Origin: Patescibacteria group bacterium
Lineage (GTDB): Bacteria; Patescibacteriota; Microgenomatia; UBA10105; UBA927
NCBI GenBank assembly: GCA_035510735.1
Contig: DATKGN010000004.1
Location: 7,436-71,435 of the forward strand
Reading direction: 5' to 3'
Length of the DNA: 64,000 nt
How positions within the stretch are numbered: the stretch's first letter is position 1; the number at the start of each line of letters is the position of its first letter. The notes beneath the pieces were generated by a model. It searched no databases. It was not told the origin of the DNA and was given only the letters and a program-made list of their open reading frames with translations. Of the stretch, positions 47,276 to 55,125 are shown one piece after another. The position numbers and the translations under genes are program-made.

Positions 47276-48327
47276 AAAACAAGACGGTCGGCATCATCTC
47301 ATATGGTACATATATCCCGCTTTACCGCGTCAAGCTTTCCGATATCGCCCACGCGTGGCGAAAAAATCCGGGCGAAGTTGTCGGATCACTTGGAATTATA
47401 GAAAAATCAGTTCCGGGTGTTGATGAAGATGCCGTTACGATTGCACTTGAGGCTGCAGTAAGCGCCTTACACTCTGGCAACGAAAAACCAACTGACATTG
47501 AAGCACTTTTTGTCGGGAGCGAGAGTCATCCGTATGCGGTCAATCCGACATCGACGATCGTCGGCGAATTGTTGGGGGTCGGAAACCATTATCTGGCTGC
47601 TGATTTGGAGTTTGCCTGTAAGGCGGCAACCGCCGGCATGCAGGCGATCGCTGGGCTTGCGACATCCGGCCACATCAGGGCGGGATTAGCAATAGGCGCC
47701 GACACTGCTCAAAGTAAGCCGCATGATGCGCTTGAATATACGTCGGCATCGGCAGGCGTTGCGTATCTCATTGGTACTGATGAGCCGGTGGCAGAGCTTC
47801 TGTCATATACGTCATATTCGTCTGATACGCCGGATTTTTGGCGAAGGGACGGCATCCGCTATCCGACGCACGCGGGCCGTTTCACCGGAGAACCCGCATA
47901 CTTTGCTCACGTAATCGGTTCTTCAAATCGGCTCTTTGAACAGGCACATATAAAACCCGGCGATATAACGCACTGCGTTTTTCATATGCCCAATGCGAAG
48001 TTTCCCCGCGATGTTGCGCGGCGTTTGGGATTTAGCCATGAGCAGCTTGCCTCGTCATTGACCGTTGATCTCATCGGCAATCCGTATTCCGCCTCGGCGC
48101 TTTTGGGACTAGCGGCGACGTTAGATGTAGCAAAACCGGGGGACATGATATTTATGGCATCATACGGATCAGGAGCCGGAAGTGATGCATTTTTATGGCA
48201 AGTGGGGAAAGGGATTGTCGATATTCAGAAGCAGCGGAAAAAAAGGGGTGAATTGGTAGATCAACAGGTTGCACATAAAATGAATATTGATTACGTCGGA
48301 TACCTTAAAAATACACATAAAATATAA
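47272..48327 (+). CDS. HMG-CoA synthase (archaeal type)
   Basis: VGSESHPYAV.P, DLEFACKA (catalytic Cys), FHMPN.KFP, GNPYS, SYGSGAGSD. Confidence 0.92.
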   Translation: MKNKTVGIISYGTYIPLYRVKLSDIAHAWRKNPGEVVGSLGIIEKSVPGVDEDAVTIALEAAVSALHSGNEKPTDIEALFVGSESHPYAVNPTSTIVGELLGVGNHYLAADLEFACKAATAGMQAIAGLATSGHIRAGLAIGADTAQSKPHDALEYTSASAGVAYLIGTDEPVAELLSYTSYSSDTPDFWRRDGIRYPTHAGRFTGEPAYFAHVIGSSNRLFEQAHIKPGDITHCVFHMPNAKFPRDVARRLGFSHEQLASSLTVDLIGNPYSASALLGLAATLDVAKPGDMIFMASYGSGAGSDAFLWQVGKGIVDIQKQRKKRGELVDQQVAHKMNIDYVGYLKNTHKI

Positions 48328-48431
48328 ACTCAAAGCACAAAACTCAAAATTCAAAATAAGATTAAATTTTAAAATTCAAATTTTGAATTTATTTTGGATT
48401 TTGGACTTAGGATTTTAGATTTAAATTTATG
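48325..48431. repeat. Empty heptamer-periodic hairpin (same family as 34569-35057)
   Basis: Runs from the HMGS stop to the thiolase ATG. Its right arm TTTTGAATTTATTTTGGATTTTGGA nearly matches 35012-35036. Confidence 0.85.
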
Positions 48432-49583
48432 AAGATTTATATTATAGGTGCCGCTACGACAAAATTTGGTGAATTATGGGGAGTCAGCCCTCGTGCATTG
48501 GCGCGGGAAGCTGTTGACAGTGCCCTTGCCGATGCAAAACTTCAGACCTCTGATGTCGACGCTCTTTTTGTCGGTAATATGCTCTCCGGCATGTTGGGTG
48601 GACAGGAACATATCGGCGCATTTTTTGCCGAGGAACTTGGGCTCTCAGTTCCTGCATTTAAGATTGAGGGCGCTTGTGCATCGGGCGGATTGGCCCTTCA
48701 CAATGCGGTAAATAGCGTATTGTCCGGTCAATATACAACTGTTGTTGTTTTGGGGGTCGAAAAAATGACCGATCATAAACCCGAGGACGTCGCAACAGCG
48801 CTTATGGGGGCGGGTCGGGAAGGCGAGCGACTGGCGGGTGCAACATTTCCCGGGCTTTACGCGCTTCTTGCGCGGGTGCATATGGCGACATTCGGCACAA
48901 CCGAAGAACAACTTGCGGCAGTTGCAGTGAAAAATCATTATCATGCAAGTCTTAATCCTAATGCACAATTTCAAACGCCTATCACCATCGCTCAGGTGAT
49001 GAAAAGCTCGTGTGTTGCGGACCCGTTGAAATTACTCGATTGTTCACCGATTTCCGACGGCGCTGCGGCACTCATCATTACAAGTGATAAGCGGCAAATT
49101 ATTGACAAAAAACCCGTTGAGATTATTGCGTCCGTCACGGCCACTGATTCATTGGGACTTGCGCAGCGGGAGAGCCTACTGGAACTGAAATCGACGAAGA
49201 AAGCAGGGCAAAAAGCATATGCATTAGCCCATATGGCGCCAGAGGACATTGGTGTTGCTGAGGTCCATGATTGCTTTACGATTGCTGAGGTACTCGCAAT
49301 GGAAGATTTAGGATTTTACAAGAAAGGAAAAGCGGCGATTGCCATCGCAAATGGGGAAACAACGCTCGGAAAATCGAAACACCTCGTAGTAAACCCGTCG
49401 GGAGGCCTGAAAGGGTGCGGTCATCCGGTCGGTGCGACGGGAGTGAAGCAGGTGGTCGAGTTGGTTGATCAATTAAAGGGCCGTGCAGGGAGGCGTCAGT
49501 GCGGAAACGCGCGTATCGGGCTTGCACATAACGTCGGCGGTAGCGGAGCAACAGCGACCGTTCATATATTAATGAGAGATTAG
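48429..49583 (+). CDS. Acetoacetyl-CoA thiolase (archaeal/SCP2-like)
   Basis: EGACASGG, DCSPISDGAAA, EVHDCFT, GHPVGATG, HNVGG. Confidence 0.93.
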   Translation: MKIYIIGAATTKFGELWGVSPRALAREAVDSALADAKLQTSDVDALFVGNMLSGMLGGQEHIGAFFAEELGLSVPAFKIEGACASGGLALHNAVNSVLSGQYTTVVVLGVEKMTDHKPEDVATALMGAGREGERLAGATFPGLYALLARVHMATFGTTEEQLAAVAVKNHYHASLNPNAQFQTPITIAQVMKSSCVADPLKLLDCSPISDGAAALIITSDKRQIIDKKPVEIIASVTATDSLGLAQRESLLELKSTKKAGQKAYALAHMAPEDIGVAEVHDCFTIAEVLAMEDLGFYKKGKAAIAIANGETTLGKSKHLVVNPSGGLKGCGHPVGATGVKQVVELVDQLKGRAGRRQCGNARIGLAHNVGGSGATATVHILMRD

Positions 49584-49655
49584 AGCGTAGAGTTTAGAGA
49601 TTAGAGTTTAGTTTAGCTAAACTCTAATGCTCTAAGTTCTAAGTACTAAATTATG
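49581..49655. repeat. TAGAG-type heptamer-periodic hairpin
   Basis: TAGAGCG TAGAGTT TAGAGAT TAGAGTTTAG, loop, then CTAAACTCTA ATGCTCTA AGTTCTA AGTACTA. Spans stop to start. Confidence 0.85.
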
Positions 49656-49952
49656 ATTAGTCCTGTTAAAGTTTGGCGGAATCAAAAATTTGTCGCGCGC
49701 ATGGTTGCAAGACGCGGCGTCGTTGTTTCTTGGACCGTGATCCGCGTGCCCCCTGCTGACTTTGGGTATCAGGCCCCGTATCCCGTCGTCATTGTGCGGC
49801 TTGATGGTGGCGAGTCAATCGCCGCCCAGATGGTGGATTATGAGGAAAAGCACCTGGCTATCGGTCAAAAGGTCATTTCTGTCGTTCGCCGGACGATCCA
49901 AACGGAGACGGATGACGTTATCCCGTATGGGATAAAAGTCAAGCCAATATAG
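49653..49952 (+). CDS. DUF35 OB-fold protein lacking the zinc ribbon
   Basis: WR..., G.V.SWTVI..PP..F..QAPY.V.IV.L..G, IGQKV..V.RR, VIPYG.K. Contains no cysteines. Confidence 0.85.
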   Translation: MISPVKVWRNQKFVARMVARRGVVVSWTVIRVPPADFGYQAPYPVVIVRLDGGESIAAQMVDYEEKHLAIGQKVISVVRRTIQTETDDVIPYGIKVKPI

Positions 49953-49961
49953 ACGGGGTAT

Positions 49962-50924
49962 ATGAAAAAAATACGCGTATCAGCACCGGGGAAAGTTCAT
50001 CTTATGGGCGAGCACGCCGTTGTGTACGGCAAGCCGGCACTACTCGCGGCAATTGATCTCCGGCTTTTCGTGACGATAGAGGAACTGGAAAAAAATAATT
50101 CTATCAAGGAACAAATTACTATTGTTTCTAGGGAGCCGACCGATCATGCACGATACGCTATAGATTTTCTTCTTAAGGAGTTAAAAATAACGGATTACCC
50201 TCCAATTAAAATTACCATAGATTCTCAAATTCCGGCTGGATTTCATTTGGGTTCATCGGCCGCGGTCGCTGTGGGACTAACGGGTGCAATTATCTATTTT
50301 TTCAAAAAACTCTGGAACCCGATCCGGATTAATGAATTGGCATATGAGATTGAGAAAAAACAACATGGAAATCCATCGGGAGGAGATAATACAGCGGTGA
50401 CGATGGGAGGATTTATATGGTTTCGAAAAGAGCTTGAGTTTTTAAAAAGTATTTGGCAGCTTCCGTTTAAGCCGCACGTGACAACTAATCATTTTTTTCT
50501 GATTAATACGGGAAAGCCGAAAGAAACAACGGGAGAGATGGTTGCGTTTGTAAAAGAAAAGGTATCAAAGAATCCTGCGGAGATGCAAAAACTCCTTGAT
50601 CTCAATGAACAACAGGTGAAACGTGTGACGGTAGCACTCAAAGAAGGCAATGAGTCCGAATTAATTGATGCAATACGAATCGGCGAGAGAACGTTGGAGG
50701 GAATGGGAGTCGTAAGCCGAAAGGTTCAGCCGCTTATGCGGCAAATTGAAGAAGCGGACGGCGCGGTTAAAATTTTAGGTGGCGGGGGAGTAAGTGAGGG
50801 GGTCGGTTTTCTGCTTTGTTATCATCAAAATCTTGCGAAAGTTGAGTCAATCTGCAGGAATTATAGTTTTTCGTTACGTAACATAAAACTTGGTGAAGAA
50901 GGAGTCCGATTGGATGAAAAATAA
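49962..50924 (+). CDS. mvk: Mevalonate kinase (GHMP family)
   Basis: SAPGKVHLMGEHAVVYG, P.GFHLGSSAA, HGNPSG.D. Confidence 0.8.
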   Translation: MKKIRVSAPGKVHLMGEHAVVYGKPALLAAIDLRLFVTIEELEKNNSIKEQITIVSREPTDHARYAIDFLLKELKITDYPPIKITIDSQIPAGFHLGSSAAVAVGLTGAIIYFFKKLWNPIRINELAYEIEKKQHGNPSGGDNTAVTMGGFIWFRKELEFLKSIWQLPFKPHVTTNHFFLINTGKPKETTGEMVAFVKEKVSKNPAEMQKLLDLNEQQVKRVTVALKEGNESELIDAIRIGERTLEGMGVVSRKVQPLMRQIEEADGAVKILGGGGVSEGVGFLLCYHQNLAKVESICRNYSFSLRNIKLGEEGVRLDEK

Positions 50925-52401
50925 TCAGTCGATAACGGCAAGCGCCCCCGGGAAATTGCTTCTGATGGGAGATCACGCAGTAGTGTATGGGTATCCCAGT
51001 ATCGTGACTGCGATAAATGAGCGGATGTTTGCGACTGTATCATTAACCGAGGAAAAAACATTCGTATTGAATGCGCCGAACGTAAACGTTACCGGATATA
51101 AAAAATCGTTAAGCGATCTTGGAGCGGGAGACGTATCCGTCGGTGCTCGGTTTGTTGAGGTCGCCGTAAAAAATTTCCACGCGGCACACCCGATGAACTG
51201 CGGGGTAACTATTACTATACGATCCGAGTTTTCTTCACAATACGGATTCGGATCGTCCTCCGCTTCGACGGTGTCGATTCTAAAGGCGCTATCTGAGCTA
51301 TTTGATCGAAAACTAGATAATAGACAACTATTTGATCTCGCATATAAAACAGTGTTGGATATTCAGGGCGTCGGGAGCGGATTTGATGTTGCAGCTGCTA
51401 TCTGGGGAGGAACGCTGTATTTTACGGGCGGCGGGCGCGTGATTGAGCCCATGGAAATCGGCGAAATTCCCTTAATAGTCGGATATACCGGCATCAAAGC
51501 GGACACAAAAACGCTTATCGGTACGGTCGCTAAGTTAAAAGAACAATATCCGGAGAAAGTTGCGCGTATTTTTCAGGCTATTCAAAAGCTTGTCGATGAG
51601 GGGAAAGTGCGTATTGAAGATGGCGATTGGCAGCGCACGGGCACGCTTATGAATTTTAACCAGGATTATCTTCGCGATCTGGGAGTAAGCTCAGAAAAGC
51701 TAGAGTCACTCATCAGTGCAGCAAAAGGAGCGGGTGCGTATGGAGCGAAATTATCCGGTGCCGGAGGCGGGGATTGCATGATCGCCCTTCACCCTGATGG
51801 GGTAAAGGGTAAACTTGTCGTTGAGAAGGCGATCACTGCGGTTGGTGGCACTGTTCTCACAGTAAGTCCAAATGCAGAAGGGGTTCGCGTGGAAACAACG
51901 GATGATCAAAAAGAATTATTTATTGTCGTTGATAAAAACGATGAGATCGTCGGTTATAAAACACGATACGAATGCCATCATGATAAAACGCTCATTCATA
52001 GGACGGTGGGCGCGCTCATTTTTAACGACAAGGGTGAACTCCTGCTCCAAAAACGCAGCATGACCAAGGATATGGAAGCCGGGTTGTGGGGAATTTCCGC
52101 AGCAGGTCACGTGACAAAGGGTCAAACGGACGAAGCGGCCGTACACCGTGAGCTTCAGGAAGAGGTAGGCGTCGATATGCCTCTTACATTTGTTAAAAAA
52201 TTTATTACCTCAAACGAATTTGAAACTGAACGGGCCGCATTATTTCGGGGGTTATGCAATGGCCCGTTTACACCGGACGCCCAGGAGGTTGCCGATCTTA
52301 CGTTTTTCGCCCCGCGCGAAATTGCATTATTTGTGGCGAGTAAAAAATTGATTCTGACCTCTGCAGCCGCTCAAGCACTTAAGGAGGTAGGTGTGTTATG
52401 A
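50914..52401 (+). CDS. GHMP kinase (mevalonate/phosphomevalonate kinase-like) fused to an IDI-1-like Nudix domain
   Basis: APGKLLLMGDHAVVYG, GFGSSSA, SGFD, KLSGAGGGDC. The second domain has HRTV...LLLQKRS..K...GLW and GH......A..REL.EEVG. Start moved to ATG 50914. Confidence 0.85.
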   Translation: MKNNQSITASAPGKLLLMGDHAVVYGYPSIVTAINERMFATVSLTEEKTFVLNAPNVNVTGYKKSLSDLGAGDVSVGARFVEVAVKNFHAAHPMNCGVTITIRSEFSSQYGFGSSSASTVSILKALSELFDRKLDNRQLFDLAYKTVLDIQGVGSGFDVAAAIWGGTLYFTGGGRVIEPMEIGEIPLIVGYTGIKADTKTLIGTVAKLKEQYPEKVARIFQAIQKLVDEGKVRIEDGDWQRTGTLMNFNQDYLRDLGVSSEKLESLISAAKGAGAYGAKLSGAGGGDCMIALHPDGVKGKLVVEKAITAVGGTVLTVSPNAEGVRVETTDDQKELFIVVDKNDEIVGYKTRYECHHDKTLIHRTVGALIFNDKGELLLQKRSMTKDMEAGLWGISAAGHVTKGQTDEAAVHRELQEEVGVDMPLTFVKKFITSNEFETERAALFRGLCNGPFTPDAQEVADLTFFAPREIALFVASKKLILTSAAAQALKEVGVL

Positions 52402-53378
52402 AAGCGACCGCTCAAGCACCTTCCAATATCGCATTTATCAAATATTGGGGGAAAAGAGACGATGCGCTTCGTATTCCGTCAAATTCATCAATCTCGATGA
52501 ATTTATCGGGCGCAACAACGACAACGACAGTCGAATTTTCTTCTCATTTTTCCGAGGATTCGGTTGAATTGGTTGGTGACAAGTTTTCCGCCGCAGAAAA
52601 ACAGAAAGTGATTGATCATGTTGACAGAATTCGCAAGAGAGCAAAAAGTACTAACCGGGTGAAGGTGAAAACAAAAAATACGTTTCCCCGCGGCGCAGGG
52701 ATTGCGTCGTCTGCCTCCGGGTTTGCAGCGCTCACAGAAGCGGGTTGTAAAGCCGCAGATTTGAGGCTTTCCCAACAAGAGCTCACTGTCTTAGCGCGCA
52801 TTGGATCCGGTTCCGCGTGTCGGTCTATACCCGACGGATTTGTCAAATGGGAAGCGGGTACTACATCACAAAGCTCATTCGCGTATTCACTATATCCCAA
52901 TACGTACTGGGATCTCCGGGATATTCTTGTGATTGTTGATCAAAAACAAAAATCAGTTTCTACAACTGCCGGCATGGAAGCTGTTGCGACCAGTCCGTTT
53001 TGGCCCTTACGCATTCTGGGAATTGATGCACGATTAACGCGTGTTGAAAATGCGTTACAAATAAAAGATTTTAACATGTTGGGAGAAACTATTGAGGAAG
53101 ATTGTATATCGATGCACGCAGTTGCTATAACGCAAAAGCCGTCACTTTTCTATTGGAGTGAAGCAACAATCGAGTGTATACGCGCTGTGATCCGCTGGCG
53201 GAAAGCAGGATTACCGGTGTTTTTTACCATTGATGCCGGTCCAAACGTCCATTTGATTTGTGAAGGAAGAAATGAAAAGCACGTTACCGATGGATTGAAA
53301 GAGACTTCTCATATACAATCAGTGTTGGTCAATAAACCGAGCGCCGGGGCGCGGATAGTTGATGCACATTTATTTTAA
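52398..53378 (+). CDS. mvaD: Diphosphomevalonate decarboxylase
   Basis: NIAFIKYWGK, GIASSASGFAAL, ARIGSGSACRS, TIDAGPNVH. Confidence 0.95.
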   Translation: MKATAQAPSNIAFIKYWGKRDDALRIPSNSSISMNLSGATTTTTVEFSSHFSEDSVELVGDKFSAAEKQKVIDHVDRIRKRAKSTNRVKVKTKNTFPRGAGIASSASGFAALTEAGCKAADLRLSQQELTVLARIGSGSACRSIPDGFVKWEAGTTSQSSFAYSLYPNTYWDLRDILVIVDQKQKSVSTTAGMEAVATSPFWPLRILGIDARLTRVENALQIKDFNMLGETIEEDCISMHAVAITQKPSLFYWSEATIECIRAVIRWRKAGLPVFFTIDAGPNVHLICEGRNEKHVTDGLKETSHIQSVLVNKPSAGARIVDAHLF

Positions 53379-53383
53379 AATTT

Positions 53384-54082
53384 ATGAAATCACAACACAT
53401 TCCAAAACACATCGCGATCATCATGGATGGCAACAGACGGTGGGCAAGAGAGCACAATTTGCCGGTTCTTGAGGGGCACAGGCGTGTCGCAAACAGCATA
53501 CTGGAGCCTCTCATTAAACACGCATCGGAGATGGGCATCCAGTACCTTACGTTTTGGGCGTGGTCAACGGAAAATTGGAACCGCGATATTGGTGAAGTGA
53601 AAGGAATTATGAATTTACTTCAGTGGGGGTTCGGACATTTCGGCGAAAAATTGCACAAAAACGGAGTCCGTATTCGGATGATTGGAGATATATCAAAGTT
53701 TGATCATAACATTCAGCGGCAAATAACCGCGCTCATTGAAAAAACAAAAAACAACACCGCAATTACTGCAATATTCGCACTAAATTATGGCGGACGCGAT
53801 GAAATGCTTCGTGCAATTGCAAAATGGCATAAAGATCAAAAAAACGAAACCCGTGAGATTACCTCTAATGAGTTTTCTCAGTATTTAGATACTACGGGCA
53901 TTCCCGATCCAGAGCTTATCGTGCGCACAGGGGGCGAAAAGCGGTTAAGCGGATTTTTGTTGTGGCAGAGTGAATACAGTGAGTTATATTTTGCCGACTG
54001 GCACATGCCGGATTTCACCGTAACCAGATTTGATGAAATTGTCGGCGACTTTGAGCTGCGTCAGAGGAGATTCGGAAAATAG
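53384..54082 (+). CDS. uppS: cis-prenyltransferase (undecaprenyl diphosphate synthase)
   Basis: PKHIAIIMDGNRRWA, STENWNR, NYGGRDE, RTGGEKRLSGFLLWQ, RRFG. Confidence 0.96.
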   Translation: MKSQHIPKHIAIIMDGNRRWAREHNLPVLEGHRRVANSILEPLIKHASEMGIQYLTFWAWSTENWNRDIGEVKGIMNLLQWGFGHFGEKLHKNGVRIRMIGDISKFDHNIQRQITALIEKTKNNTAITAIFALNYGGRDEMLRAIAKWHKDQKNETREITSNEFSQYLDTTGIPDPELIVRTGGEKRLSGFLLWQSEYSELYFADWHMPDFTVTRFDEIVGDFELRQRRFGK

Positions 54083-54084
54083 CA

Positions 54085-54435
54085 CTACCCGAAGATATTT
54101 TTAATCGCATCGACACCGAATATTATCCCCAATGCCTGAACAAGCCAGTATGCCACAAAGATAATTAAGAATCCGAGGAGCGCATTGGTTAGCTGCTGTT
54201 GCCCTTTTTCCAGTTGTTTTGGATCGCCTGCGCTTGTTAAAAAGGTGAATCCACCCGCAAGCAGCATGATGAATAATCCAAATCCGGCAAAGATAAAAAC
54301 GAATGTTATAGCACGGGAAAGTATTGCTCCAAGCGACGGATTTGTCCCCAGTGGTCCACCCTGTAGGGGCCCATTGATTTTCGCGGGGCCATTTGTCCAA
54401 GGAATTGTTAATGATTGGGCGAGTATATGGTTCAT
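54085..54435 (-). CDS. VirB2/TrbC-like T4SS pilin
   Basis: FLTSAGDPKQLEKGQQQLTNALLGF. Confidence 0.8.
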   Translation of the reverse strand: MNHILAQSLTIPWTNGPAKINGPLQGGPLGTNPSLGAILSRAITFVFIFAGFGLFIMLLAGGFTFLTSAGDPKQLEKGQQQLTNALLGFLIIFVAYWLVQALGIIFGVDAIKNIFG

Positions 54436-54445
54436 AAAGAATATA

Positions 54446-55066
54446 TTATCGAGGACCCATTGTCCCTTGTTGTCCCGTTGCGAATCCAGGAATCCCTATA
54501 ATATTAATTCCGATAAATGATAATAAAAAGACGGAAAAGATAATGAGAATAAGGCCGGTTATCGCGGAGCTGACGAGTTCGCGTCCGGCATTAAGCTGCT
54601 CAGGATTGCCTGCGCTGGTCATAATCTGCAGTCCGCCGAAGAGAATAAGAAGAAACGCTATGCCGCCTGCTAAACCCATACCGAGTTTGATAATCCATCC
54701 AAGGAGATCATTCGGATCAGTCTGAATGCATCCGATTGCGGTCCACGTCTTCTGAGTCGAATCGCCCGTATTTGTCATGCAACCTATGCAGGCAGCATGT
54801 TGAGCATCTGGAACCGAGTCGCAAATATTATACGTTTGTGAAACCCCCGCGGGGCGAGTGCCTGACGGACATTCTGCAGCGGTATCACAACATTGTCCAG
54901 TGAAGTTCACTGGACCATTGCCGATGCATTGAACCTGGGTTTTTGTGCACATTACGGTTTGCGAGAATAGATTTTGTGCTGCTCCATTACATGCGGCCTG
55001 GACTTTCGTAGTCGGGATAAGCCAAAACACCAAAAATAGCGCGACAATAAAGCCAAATATCCGCAT
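54446..55066 (-). CDS. VirB2/TrbC-like pilin with Cys-rich N-terminal extension
   Basis: Signal peptide VQA|A, about 10 Cys, WTAIGCI, MTSAGNPEQLNAGRELVSSAITGL. Start moved to ATG 55066. Confidence 0.78.
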   Translation of the reverse strand: MRIFGFIVALFLVFWLIPTTKVQAACNGAAQNLFSQTVMCTKTQVQCIGNGPVNFTGQCCDTAAECPSGTRPAGVSQTYNICDSVPDAQHAACIGCMTNTGDSTQKTWTAIGCIQTDPNDLLGWIIKLGMGLAGGIAFLLILFGGLQIMTSAGNPEQLNAGRELVSSAITGLILIIFSVFLLSFIGINIIGIPGFATGQQGTMGPR

Positions 55067-55125
55067 AAATTCAGTGTAACAAATACGATCGGGAAAATAA
55101 AGAATGGTACAATAGTAACGCTTCA

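Noticed and set aside
49079-49112. Heptamer-like ACAAGTG ATAAGCG GCAAATT inside thiolase (TSDKRQ)
   Set aside because: Only 2-3 weak units, and no clear length increase relative to typical thiolases. Too weak to call.
48325-49655. CRISPR arrays at the periodic intergenic repeats
   Set aside because: Units are 7-8 nt, degenerate and inverted, with no unique spacers and no cas genes.
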